Positions 13,801-22,300 of a stretch of 64,000 nt of DNA are shown here, one piece after another; positions within the stretch are counted from its first letter, which is position 1; each line of letters starts with the position of its first letter. Source of the DNA: a virus. The translations under genes were made by a program, and so were the position numbers. Under the pieces are notes generated by a model. That model ran no database searches. It was not told the DNA's origin and worked only from the letters and a program-made list of their open reading frames with translations. Where the stretch lies: IMG/VR virus record IMGVR_UViG_3300036398_000516, positions 3,387 through 67,386 of that record; one strand, 5' to 3'.

Positions 13801-16595
13801 ACAGTTCCATCAGGAGAAGTAACTTGCCATCTATCATCAGCTATTTTATTTAATGTAGCTAATTTAGATTTACCAATTTCATACTCTCTTCCTTCTTGTA
13901 CAGCTTCTTTCTCACCACCCTTGTTTACAAAATCATAAGCTGTTTCTGCAATTGGTTCTTCCACCACTTCCTCTTCTGCAACCACTTCATCTTCTTCAAC
14001 CTCAGCAGCTTTCTCTTTAGATATTTGATCAGCTTCTTCAAAGTATTTCTCAAATCCTTCTTTGGTAGTTAATTTATCATAAGCTTCAGAGGCTTTTTGC
14101 TTTCTCTCTCCTAGTTTATTAATGTCAACACCATAGTTACGTAAGTCATTAGCACTACCTAAAGGAAGCACATCAGATTTAGTTGCATCTTGACCATTCA
14201 ATTCAAAGTTTAATAACTTCTCAAAGGTCTTATCATCCACCTTCCCCTCTTTCAATAAGAGATTGATCTTCTCAGCGTTTGTACGCAAAGCTTTAATTTG
14301 ATCTCTACCTGCTTTTCTTTCAGCAGCGTTAGTGTACAAATCAATTGTTTCACTTAAGCCTGCAGCTTTTTGTTCGTAGAAATCACGTAACTCTGTTAGT
14401 CCCTCTCTATTAGTAAGTTGTGCAAGCATGCTATTACTGATCAAAGGGTTTACATTGCTTACAGAAGTTTGAATAGATTGTAATCTACCATCTATATTCT
14501 TATTTGTAACAGCATAGTAAGCTAAGTCAGTTTTATAATCTTCAAATGTATTATAATTACTAGCTTCAATTAATGTATTTACATCATCAAAGTTAGGAGC
14601 ATTCTTAAATGGATTCTTGAAAGTTTTGTTAATTAAGTCTGAAGTTTCTTTAATTTGATTTGCTTTATCAATTAAATTGTCTACATACTCACTTACAGTT
14701 TGTTTATTTGTAGCATCAAAATCTAATTGGAACATGCTTTCAAACTGATCTTTAGGAAGATCCTTAAGCATTTTTAATTGCTCAATTGTTACATCATGCA
14801 TTCCACTAGGAATACGTGATTGCACAAAGCTAAAGAATTGTGTATCTTGTAAGTTTTTGTATTTAAATACATCATTAGAAGCGTTTGCTTCTTGCATTTG
14901 TTTAGCAATAAAAGCAGATGTTTGTGTATTATCATACATTTGCTTTATTGTATTGGTAAGCCCTTGTGTATTAAGAACATTAATAGCATTACCTAATCTA
15001 GCATCTACTCCTTGCTTTTTATAATTATCAAACAAGCTCTGTCCTGTACCAACAACCAATCCTGTAAGGGCACCAATCACCATGTTTTCAATACCTTGTT
15101 GAGTACCAAACTGTTGATTTAAACCATACACAGTTGACTTAATAATTTCATCTAATTCATCTCTAGTGTCCTTATTGTCTTTAGACTTATACTGTCTTGT
15201 ATAATAATCATACGTTCCTTTTTCTGTACCATATTGTAAACCTTCTTCAGCTACCCCTTCTGTAAACATTGTAGCTAGCTTTGGCTTAACTACATCCCAA
15301 GCTTTTCCAGCAACTGATTCTACAGCCTTTCTTTCAAATACATCTAAGCTACCTTCTTTTAATCCTATCTTACCAAATTCTTCTAAGCTTTTTTGTAAAC
15401 CACCTGTAACAGGTCCTCCTCCAGCAATTATAGATTTAAATGCATTACCAAAGAACAATCCATTAGATGCAGTGAGTAATGCCATGTTGATACCAAACCT
15501 AGTGTTCATACCATCACGAGAGTAATTTTCTATTTCCTCCATTGCTGCAGCATCTGGCTCTTGACCAAAGTGATCAAACTTGTATTGGTTAACAAGTTCT
15601 TCCTTAATTGCTCTATAACTATCTCTTCCTTCTGTACCTGCCTCATTCATAGAAGCTCCTAGAACAGCCATACCATATCTAAACTTGGTTCCTAAAGAAG
15701 CAGCAGCAGACATTTGAGCAAGCTTTTCTAAAGCAACCATTTGGTTCTTACTCTTTCCTAACTCTTCTCCTAATTGTCTAAGTTTAGTTAATTTTGAAAG
15801 TTGGGTTGCACCAATTGCCTTACCCACCATAGTTTCAGCACTGAATAATTTATTTAAATATAAAGATGCTTTACCAAGTTGAGAAGCTACTAATGGAATT
15901 TCTCCAATAGCTCCTGTCATAGCACCAATAGCAACATCTTGAGCAGCAGCTGATGCAAAAGATCCTGCCATAAATCCTAAGTTAGGCATAAACTTCTCAC
16001 CCCAGAAATAAGAACTTCCTGGTGCAAAAGGAATAATACCAACAAACGGATGTTCTTTAGCATAAGTGCTTTGATATGTAGGGATAAAATTATCCATACT
16101 TTCCATCCAGCCATCTATAGTTCCTTCTACACCATTGGGGTCACCTGACAGTTTAGATGCATCTCCGCTTTTAATAGCAGAAATAAGATTGGGAATATTA
16201 AACATACCCTCAGCAAAAGAACCAACAGTTCTACCAGTAAATTTAACTAAACCTCTTCCAAGGTTACCTAATGCAGTTTGGCTCTGTGCATTAATATCTT
16301 CTAAGTCACCAACCTCTCTTCCGTATATAGGATAGCGTTGGTTTTCAATAAGTTCACTTTGTGGAATATATCCAAATGGTTGACCAAATCCCCCAGGACC
16401 AGGCATGTTAGCAACTTCTGATAATTGTTCAAGCGTCAACCCCTTAGGACTTACAGGAGCAGTTATAGGACCACCAGTAGTAATGTTATCTACATTAAGT
16501 AAATTTGGAGATGCCATTGAAACTATAGGTCCACCTAACGTTGGATCTAAAGGTAGATGTTGATCTTCGTCTAATTGATTATCTAAAATTGCCAT
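4824..16595 (-). CDS. Giant multidomain virion protein (3923 aa) with an RNAP-like DFDID motif; candidate virion-packaged RNA polymerase / cargo protein
   Basis: Single uninterrupted ORF. It contains acidic and Pro/Thr-rich linkers that suggest many domains. Residues 3020-3028 read GSDFDIDKL (nt 7518-7532), resembling the NADFDGD metal-binding loop of two-barrel (DPBB) RNAPs. It sits in the cluster of giant proteins at the end of the structural operon. Confidence 0.7.
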   Translation of the reverse strand: MAILDNQLDEDQHLPLDPTLGGPIVSMASPNLLNVDNITTGGPITAPVSPKGLTLEQLSEVANMPGPGGFGQPFGYIPQSELIENQRYPIYGREVGDLEDINAQSQTALGNLGRGLVKFTGRTVGSFAEGMFNIPNLISAIKSGDASKLSGDPNGVEGTIDGWMESMDNFIPTYQSTYAKEHPFVGIIPFAPGSSYFWGEKFMPNLGFMAGSFASAAAQDVAIGAMTGAIGEIPLVASQLGKASLYLNKLFSAETMVGKAIGATQLSKLTKLRQLGEELGKSKNQMVALEKLAQMSAAASLGTKFRYGMAVLGASMNEAGTEGRDSYRAIKEELVNQYKFDHFGQEPDAAAMEEIENYSRDGMNTRFGINMALLTASNGLFFGNAFKSIIAGGGPVTGGLQKSLEEFGKIGLKEGSLDVFERKAVESVAGKAWDVVKPKLATMFTEGVAEEGLQYGTEKGTYDYYTRQYKSKDNKDTRDELDEIIKSTVYGLNQQFGTQQGIENMVIGALTGLVVGTGQSLFDNYKKQGVDARLGNAINVLNTQGLTNTIKQMYDNTQTSAFIAKQMQEANASNDVFKYKNLQDTQFFSFVQSRIPSGMHDVTIEQLKMLKDLPKDQFESMFQLDFDATNKQTVSEYVDNLIDKANQIKETSDLINKTFKNPFKNAPNFDDVNTLIEASNYNTFEDYKTDLAYYAVTNKNIDGRLQSIQTSVSNVNPLISNSMLAQLTNREGLTELRDFYEQKAAGLSETIDLYTNAAERKAGRDQIKALRTNAEKINLLLKEGKVDDKTFEKLLNFELNGQDATKSDVLPLGSANDLRNYGVDINKLGERKQKASEAYDKLTTKEGFEKYFEEADQISKEKAAEVEEDEVVAEEEVVEEPIAETAYDFVNKGGEKEAVQEGREYEIGKSKLATLNKIADDRWQVTSPDGTVTSFKSEESAKAALEDINSDLADLTKVRVIGLNEDGTVKVEDVNGDIKNIAPDQLSGYEKIQTDQEKLQKFADDVNKEQAEIELNSGDVAIVDTPITKSEDEGRLVDANILFERTTSEKEEDIASFKPHQLRAVEFLNNVGKFPNRSKIRAILVTPNQEDSLGLTGLTEMQYGVPKDEVPDATNVDIGLVAAVYVEQDGSNVYFVDKDGKRVAKVGETMDMSKLVYNTMPTTDLRYKDKSPKYRAEQKALAEAKQAGWKIKRAELFKEPGYKVYNFTVSKGIPELTKGERNHIGETLVPESVISTQEGLIQVSNTGFIFHKGKQVKVSIGHPYIQYGDTLQNVRSRNFSAKEAKGVFEVLKKISEEVNSQLAAGKSIKINRLYSTYLQNVLYWKSKGASSNNQIFINTNTMNLELGKEKYDLTKIAELEDQIVDQLKSVYQNLNRDTLTKKFHEKFLEPHIGPDGNLIISEWENYQTYLLGNKFPNGSSRPVSETPLSTNVAKITDAVPYNFKQKYAVLEGMELPEQLPTPPATATTTPTSPDVVGGYNLDGTTENIYDVSTGPVLFTAKKTKDGLFIKITDNQTVTDIANTEAKVLQIVEYLKQAERFDATKDDLGIVKDYLKIQIANEIKSKDQAAPTSTAATVTQTTPYGTEAAPAVTTSTESVDVKEDKPSDVDFSKSKAPKGSQYRRLGADKTERMTDAEIQLFKEWARKNVPGIPFEILDRIITTYDGEKAWGVFENGVAKFYKGGQRGTEYHEIGEGIWNVFLSPEEQQSLLDEFKAKAGKFKDRESGKMLFYEEATDQQAKERIMDDFADFRLGKLPARNIGEAILKFFRDIIAFVKSFVNKPSAKEQLFKAIDTGKYKSYTIPESAKSLAPEYRAVEGLSEKDTNDVVRDMTARFFAKVFGTNKSLYEISNLTAPELFDAIKAEYEEENKIIGEKSWLALVDKTKDFLRTFKIEFNKDDILDINAENVTNRMYAAEAFTTDWKKSSSYQIKLLIGTLLETVPTNQVDSSTLSLPALATTDKYFLKLVNFSRAFATVIDKLANTTKVSKMVDKLVDLAKYDSNYVRLFTRLKGTTGESGEMVAIDFSKFEPHDWRLFVQFYQTFTKQRPNALIQYVNADEVYTSPADQFTVSKQTKTGWMNNLKDLSTDPNSLVRFNKGQGRYKVVSTEGVDIESPQQMVDFLNRIGVTYTMDTYLRLKPEQRDDFVKAVGSIHAYFGKTGEVATVSGKTLGIDGPLDTLADLYVRVENPIQDTTYPNVEGENTQAYTENNAPSLLANEFNEADTVEELKSNRPELNDVFSTNGLFFKKGGLFYNKDGKKIKTLVVSHIGGTKNQNTGVDKSTTGLTLGNRFTQEINQNLNGNYHILIPADSSTEWMMNLGNNISFKEVAGGLAWGKVNTIFQGYLKDDIALALDFENREKLANVTDDFKNLGKAKELRFFKDILKGKTLAGVNNLIINGATQDQIDAYIKENAEAINADVKAYIERNVAATNKILVDNYKLTNNPNKTVTYEDLDSKFAKAEQLNKNKLSQDDVTDILTFARINYIINNIEFHKILFGDPYQFATKKGKLDETKRVKSFLSGRKTTFDHPEFNTFHNQKYNNAGGVQLTENDPGHHLFKPYMNTVTLRDVTVRGKINEADAGSWIMDHVYRSVKLRNGQWDLNGLAEDNYQWNMAYTRRALDKRKDVEWTYGNNTKLKAHDDKLLSTPEPEFIREVLKPIVSGPKYGSNRIDLVLDKTSQMPLYYKDLEDYNLGDFYIKMWKEKAEYAIFESGRKVGAEELFDLYDLETGDVNTAPFGKMIPVAWKTYGIQVENSYDGGTGQTLGSQPTKIASLDLFENGKPRTADPERAEVIQKAYTRNVKALNNLFLENYNQLLKKLGVEDLGGVYNIVDPTAVSKSLEYEMLRRELDDNAIDTIRTDANGEFPIPFEASTAYVQIRDILYSMVDKAIGSPKVNGFPAVQVPVTMWEKSGEKRGVVEINGKKVFTDGTLKSYTKENRYMEILVPYWFKEQFKKAGFKSDEELLEYLNKPENESILKGIGFRIPNQAASSSLVFKIKGFLPQSMGKTVVLPSEITEIAGSDFDIDKLNMYLKNTYINSKGQLKQVPFFGYGEQAKDAIKNFILKEDIESMLNLEDDFVVVGEDDYTVLSDKLYKQSVENEYYESLEDILTLDENYDRLITPISDAGLKGIADELDGLRGVDESKIENRILDGNFLTMLRHAFVVAKKWVGIGAVNITNHSLFQKIEGYIDPLKFSQLSDYERKIIGDGRVILPHNTVRINGQDRISLSGVLDRANKYISDNLSGFITSFVDVAKDPYILKILSSNNIISTAMFLTRIGTPVKTTALFLNQPIIKEYMNYLDSIGSSSVYSKKNLDFIRKKFPADRKAVVSNKIDMKNLAPNIKNYYAGTAIDNVEQQRILVEFLKYHKMGQFLFKFTQATNYDTTKFGSAEAMSKKRLRTTLADKTNIISSVGDVLNNSFVGEKANITENAINALSPILKLDQVQFAVITNKVLDPYKEDEYLAADDFDRVGNKVKTSFLDYIFLTRTNLRSRLTELLVDPYTAVVTDVAKAKKDYPDMEILQQLEQVSSDRVGGAKSLRLKANLKTAYDNNLYQGMMRELRDNPATNGLYNRIVDLAILQGTYQSAISIKNIVPIEDYSERLKDVVNSLASDLKLDNFSKVGAFQRNNWNDEAIFKKITDIAPSFFGEGVNDLGEFVSEVEFDEFPTLEGISTEGVKQVLVLDRFDNFKDVASDYILVPRVVKNGNERIDIINGESVSRADFEKRKAIGDTSLNDVMGFQKVKYEDGTDFVRGSKYYYKAINLWGDGQYATEMYDDNRESVFNNGTVHVKGELTNQSIIDYFDKKLQVVEENNVPLPAIPVQEDKQFLIGGTYYFLKPNGDITYGNGNIVKDQGVINQITARQQIQNGSIKVANYNGTDYFVLNDGKIIDATKNNFGKEPKLTVAEKEVILAKAITYKKTC

Positions 16596-16596
16596 A

Positions 16597-19233
16597 TTAT
16601 TTCCAAGTTTTCATTGCTTGTTGAACACCAACATTACTTATTCCATTCATCATGTTTACTATTCCACCTGATTGAACATATCCTGTATGCATTCTTTTTC
16701 CTTTCCATCCAGTTCCTCCAGGAGGATGAACATACATAATTAAACTATAACCATCAGATTCTGTTCCATTATTATCTGGATTTCCTTCTATGTCAAATCT
16801 AACTAATGGAGCAAGAGGATCGTTTGCTAATAAAGGAACATCATATCCTGTTATTCCTGCATTTACAGCATTCGTTGCATCCACTTCACTATCTCTTTGA
16901 TTTGCTTTATTTGTAGTGTGATTCTCAGAATTTGCTATATTGTCTATGTATCTGTTTAGTATACTAGTCTTCTTAACTTTAGGAAAGAAATCTTGCTCTA
17001 ATGTTTTCATAGCAACAACTTGGCTTTGTGATCCATCAGGGCTAATTGCTAACATTTGAGTACTACCATCTCTAGATTTTTGTATTTCAAATCTTGTATT
17101 ACCACCATTCTCTCCATTCATCCATCCTAAAACTGTAGATGCAGATTTACCACCAGTGTTTAATTCTTCAGAAAGTTTACCAGTTAGGAACTTATCTATT
17201 GCAGCTTTCTCATTTTTATCACTCATGTTAAGTGCACTTCTTTGAATAAGTGACCTTGGGTTATGTTCAGCTAAGTAATCACTTTCAATTTTGCGTGACT
17301 CGTTATTTATAGTGTTTATTGTAGATGTTGCATTATCTAAAACCTTCTTAATTTCTTTTTGTTTTGGAGTGGCATTAAAACTAAAATTACCATTATAATA
17401 ATCATTATATAATTGTAAATACTTTCCTCCAGCATAAGTTTTAAAATATTTTGATGCAGCTTCAGTATCAAATCTAGTTATTCCTCTAGGGCCAATCCTA
17501 TTAAATTGTTGCAATTGTTTAGACATTTCTCCTATAGCCTCACCTGTATACCCAGCTGCTCCTTTTATCTTATCTTTAACTTCAGTGTTTACATATTCTT
17601 TTACTTTTCTTTGAGCAGCAGTTACTAAGTTAGCCTGAGCAACAAACGCATTCTCAGCCACCTCATGTTGTTTTAAAAAGTCTAATTGATCAGGACTATA
17701 ATTTGCTTTAGGATTTGTAGCATAATCTTTTAATAGCTTATTAAATCCAGCTCTCTTTTGATCATCAGTCATACCAGAAAATAATCTACTTGCAAACTTA
17801 TTTTCTAAAGCTGTAATTGCATTTGCTTTTTCAGTTAACACCACTGTTTCACTTGCTACTGTTGGAGCAGAACCACCTGTAGGAAGTGTACCTGGTAATA
17901 CAACATCACCAGGAGGTAAAGGATTATCTCTTGCGTCTTTTTCTTTATCAAAGGTAAGTCTATCTCTAGTAGTTTGAATAGATGCCCAACCTCTAGCACT
18001 TTCATCAGCAAACTTATTTTGATCAAACAAAAACTTTTGTTTATCCATATATGATTTGAAATATGGATTATCATCTAACTCTTGCTTATAGCTTCTAGTA
18101 GACATATCTGTTGCCATATTCATCAAATGCTTTTGAGTATATATGTCAGTTTTATACTTTTCTAAATTCTCAGGCTTTTGAAGTGCTTGTAATGTAGCGT
18201 TTAATTCTTTATCTATCACTCCATCTTTCTCATTAGTCTGAAGTTGATTTAACTTAGCTTTTAATGTAGCTTTTTGTAAATCAGTTAAATCTGGATTTTT
18301 TAAAGCTACAGCTGTATTAACTATTTCTTGAGATTGAAATTGTTTTTTATTATTAAAAACATCAACTATATCTTTTGTAAATGCCTCAGCTGTAATACCT
18401 CTGTATTTAGCTTTAGCGTCAATTCTTAATTGTTGTGCAGCTCTACTATCTATACTGTCTAAGAAGTTATTAAATAGCTTACTAGCAGAGGTACCTTTTA
18501 TAGATAACTTAAGTAAAGCATCATCAACTTTTTCTTTACCTTTAGAAGGATCTAAAGAATAAACTTCTCTAGTTACAGGCTGTTTAGTTTTAGGATTTAT
18601 TACTGTCTTACCCTTTGCATCTTTTACCACTTCATTGTAGAAATACTTTGTCCTTCCATCTGCATCTCTTTGCCAAGGATTATCTACAATATATTCATCT
18701 GGACGACTTAATATCTTATCAGCCCTTTCCATAAGACTTTTATCTACATCATAGAACTCATTGTATTGACCGTTAAATGGAGAATTAATATTATCATCAT
18801 TTAACCAAGCTGTTTTTTGATCAATCCAATCACGGTCATTGTTAGGAGAAGTCTTACCTGCTTTAGCAGCAGCTTCCCTATCAGTATCTCCTTTTTTAAT
18901 CTTTTGTGCAGAATAAATAGCAGTTTGAACTGTTGGATCTTTAATAATGCTTGTAGCCATACCACCAACAGAGTTAACTAGTTGTTGGTTTGAGAAGTCT
19001 CCAGCAGCCACAGTTTTTAACTTACCACCTAATTCATCAAGTTTAGATTGAAGGTATGCTTTGTGCTTATCTGTTACATCCAACCCAGCTATGTTATCCA
19101 TATAGGACTGGATCTTTTGTACACCAGCATCATATTGTTGCTGTTTGTACATACCTACCTTCACCATTGCCTCTGAAGGCAATTGTGCTACGTAGGGATT
19201 AAATTTTGATATCTGGTCTGTAAATGAAGCCAT
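16597..19233 (-). CDS. Large virion structural/cargo protein (878 aa)
   Basis: Long ORF. Its stop lies 2 nt upstream of the giant ORF start, so they are co-oriented in the late operon. No recognisable catalytic motif. Confidence 0.6.
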   Translation of the reverse strand: MASFTDQISKFNPYVAQLPSEAMVKVGMYKQQQYDAGVQKIQSYMDNIAGLDVTDKHKAYLQSKLDELGGKLKTVAAGDFSNQQLVNSVGGMATSIIKDPTVQTAIYSAQKIKKGDTDREAAAKAGKTSPNNDRDWIDQKTAWLNDDNINSPFNGQYNEFYDVDKSLMERADKILSRPDEYIVDNPWQRDADGRTKYFYNEVVKDAKGKTVINPKTKQPVTREVYSLDPSKGKEKVDDALLKLSIKGTSASKLFNNFLDSIDSRAAQQLRIDAKAKYRGITAEAFTKDIVDVFNNKKQFQSQEIVNTAVALKNPDLTDLQKATLKAKLNQLQTNEKDGVIDKELNATLQALQKPENLEKYKTDIYTQKHLMNMATDMSTRSYKQELDDNPYFKSYMDKQKFLFDQNKFADESARGWASIQTTRDRLTFDKEKDARDNPLPPGDVVLPGTLPTGGSAPTVASETVVLTEKANAITALENKFASRLFSGMTDDQKRAGFNKLLKDYATNPKANYSPDQLDFLKQHEVAENAFVAQANLVTAAQRKVKEYVNTEVKDKIKGAAGYTGEAIGEMSKQLQQFNRIGPRGITRFDTEAASKYFKTYAGGKYLQLYNDYYNGNFSFNATPKQKEIKKVLDNATSTINTINNESRKIESDYLAEHNPRSLIQRSALNMSDKNEKAAIDKFLTGKLSEELNTGGKSASTVLGWMNGENGGNTRFEIQKSRDGSTQMLAISPDGSQSQVVAMKTLEQDFFPKVKKTSILNRYIDNIANSENHTTNKANQRDSEVDATNAVNAGITGYDVPLLANDPLAPLVRFDIEGNPDNNGTESDGYSLIMYVHPPGGTGWKGKRMHTGYVQSGGIVNMMNGISNVGVQQAMKTWK

Positions 19234-19319
19234 AGTGTATTAATTAGCAAATGTAAATTAAAATATCAGAAATACCAAGAACAATAACAGATTTTGTTAA
19301 TTTGGTATAACTGGATTGG

Positions 19320-22300
19320 TTAGATGTTTTTGAGAGCTTTTACAATAGAACCGTTCATAGATTTGATCTTAGCACCACTTTTAGCAACTAGTTCAAATTT
19401 ATTAGCAACTCCTGTTTTATTATCATAATCTATAGGACGATATGTCTTACCGCCAATATTTATTGTACCATTAGTAGAACCTGGTGTTGTTGATCCTGCT
19501 ACAGGAGTATTAAAGAAGTAAGGATTGTTTGCATTGTATAAACGGTCATTTTGACCAAATCTATATCCATACAAATTCTCCATTGTATTAGTGTTTCTAG
19601 TCTCAAGCTTGTTTTGAGCAATCTTGTCACCAATAGATTTAAGAGCTTCAATAGTTTGTTCTTTAGTTTTAGATCTAGCTGTTGATTGTCTAACTTGTTG
19701 AGTATCAAGGATTCCTATATTCTTTAATACAGAATCATTAATAGCCTGTCTATTAGCTTGGAACACTTGAGCTCTAGTAGCTTGGTTGAATCTAAATTGC
19801 TCTCCTAACACCTTATTCTTTTGATCAGCAGCTTGAGACATAATGTAAGCCTGAGCAGAAGGATTATCACGAGCAGCTCTAATAGCAGCTCTAGATTGAG
19901 AATCAATAGCGTTTAATTGATCTTGTAATGAAATGTCATAAACATTGTCTAACATTGGTTGATATGTTTGAGCATATACAGGTTCTACTTGGTTATTACC
20001 TAATGCATACATCTCACCCATTAATTGACTACCATCTAATGGATTTTGAGTTCTAGGTCTAAAATAGTCACCTAATCCAGAAGCTAAAGTTTTAGCTAAC
20101 ATTTCCCAATCAAACTTTCCTTTCTTCTTCTTACTTTTAGCCATTTGTAGATCAAGAGGTTTGCCAGTAAAAGTTACTGGAGGTAATCCCATTTTAGGAA
20201 GATTAGTTTCTCTCTTTATAATTTGTAGTGGTTCTTTTGACTTTGGACGTTTTCCTGTAACCTGAACCTCAGGCAACATAGCTGAACCCTCTCCCATAAA
20301 TCCTGGTTTGCTCATTCCTCTTTTAATCATTTCAAGATCTGCAGCACTTAGCACTTGAGGTTCTTCATAACCAGATACATCTTCCCAATCTGGATGCCAA
20401 GTCACACCACTTTGAGCCTTCTTTAAGTTTAAACCATTCTTACCAATTAATGGATCTTTGATAGGCTTTAGCTTTCCTTTAGCCAACCCATCACTTTCTA
20501 CATTGTATTCTTTAGCTGTATCAAGAATAGCATTCTGTACCACAGCTGCTCTTTGTTTTTTATCAGCAATATCTTTTAATTTCATATTAGCTCCTAATAA
20601 GTTAGCACGGCTAGCGTTCATTGTTAATTGATCAAATGGATTATCATTCTTAATGCTGTTAACTAGCTTTGTTGATTTATCTATAATTTTGTTTTGTTTA
20701 GCTTCTGTTCTGCTAAGATCTGCAATGTAGTTTTTAAACTTCTTACCCTTAGCTTTGTCATCACCTATTTCATTCACACCATATTTAGGAATAACCATGT
20801 TACCAAATACAACTAGGTTGTCTTCTTGACCACCATCTTGTAATTTAACAGCTGGTTCTCCACCTTCTACCTCTACACCATTCTCACCATAACTAACTGG
20901 CATACCACCGTTGTCATGAGAAGGTCCTCTGAACATAACTGTTTCTCCATCTCCTGGTAAGTATGGATTGTAAGACATAGTTTCTGCTTTACCACGGTGA
21001 ACCTTTAAATCACCACCCATGGCCATCTGTCCACCATACTCCATATTAGGTGCTGTATATCCTGGTAATCCACCAGGCATAGCATCATTCATTTGTTGCA
21101 TGTATCCTTGAGCTTTCTTCTCATTTAACATATCATATCTATCCATGATTTGTTTTTTACCAATCAAGTTAAGGAATGGTCTACGCTCTTCTGTTCTACG
21201 AAGTTCATTTACAGCAGGTTGCCCTTCTGTAGCCATTCTTGTAAACTCTGAAAACTTATTACCATTATCTCTACCATATGAATAAACTTCCTGAGATGGT
21301 TGGTTATCATAATAGTCTTTAGTGTATTGAGCACTTGTAAAGTCTTGATTATAATTACTTCTACCATTTCTATTTGTATCAGTAGTATTCATTTGTGTAT
21401 AAGCTTTAATATTGCTCAATCGTGGATTTGCCATAGCACCACCAGTAGGTGCAACTTCTACACCTGGTTCATTTGTTCTCTTCATCCATTTACCATACTG
21501 AGCTCTATCTGTATACATAGCTGCAGCACTAGGAGGAGTGTATTCTTTTAAATGTCCACCAGCACGTAGCATATCAGCATCATGAGGAGACTTTAATAAT
21601 TCATCCATAGAATAATCACCAAACTTAGCAATCACTTGTGGTTGCCAATCATTACTAACCCATCCACCATCTTCCATGAAACTAGAATATGTAGATTGTA
21701 TATTTTGAGCACCTTGTGCCCAAGCAGCTCTCTCTGTATTTTTAGCTGTTGTATCTTGTAAGTTAGCAAGTCTATTAGCATCTTTAGCACCACCTAATAA
21801 GTTACCAACAACACCACCTAACGCTCCACCAACCATACCACCAATTGGACCAAACACACTACCAACAGCAGAACCTACACCTTTACCAATAGATGCTTGA
21901 CCTGAGTCTTGGAAGTAATCTCCAAACTCTGCTGTAGGTAAATTACCACCATAAGCATATTGTTTAGCGTTATCATCATTCAATGGAGTGAATCCAAGGT
22001 CTGAATATATATCTAAAGGGCTATTATATGTATTCTGAATCTCTGTTGAATTACCTCCAACAGATCTACCATTCTGAGCTAAATAGTTTGTACCAGCACC
22101 TTGAGGATTACCTAATTGTCCAGGTTGTACCAAAGCATCTTCTGGTCTTGTATATCTACGTTTTTGTAATAAAGGTTGTGACTCAGCAGCTTGTGCTGTA
22201 ATTCCTGAAACTTGAGCAGTTTGATCAGCTTGTTTAATTGCTTGCTTTTGTTCTTTAATTTGACCAATACCTTGTAAGATTTGAGGAGCAGCATTTAATA

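Noticed and set aside
4170-16335. Short plus-strand ORFs (4170-4484, 5202-5393, 7063-7251, 9403-9690, 9856-10140, 10840-11199, 12574-12807, 13435-13938, 16135-16335) and minus ORF 11300-11551
   Set aside because: All lie within, and antisense to or out of frame with, the uninterrupted giant minus-strand ORFs. They are low-complexity Ser/Leu-rich translations typical of the antisense of AT-rich coding DNA.
4824-16595. N4-like T7-type virion RNAP in the 3923-aa protein
   Set aside because: No T7-family motif B (R-x3-K-x6-7-YG) or motif C (HDS) pattern was spotted. The DFDID motif points instead to a two-barrel (crAss-like) polymerase type, so the N4-like interpretation was dropped.
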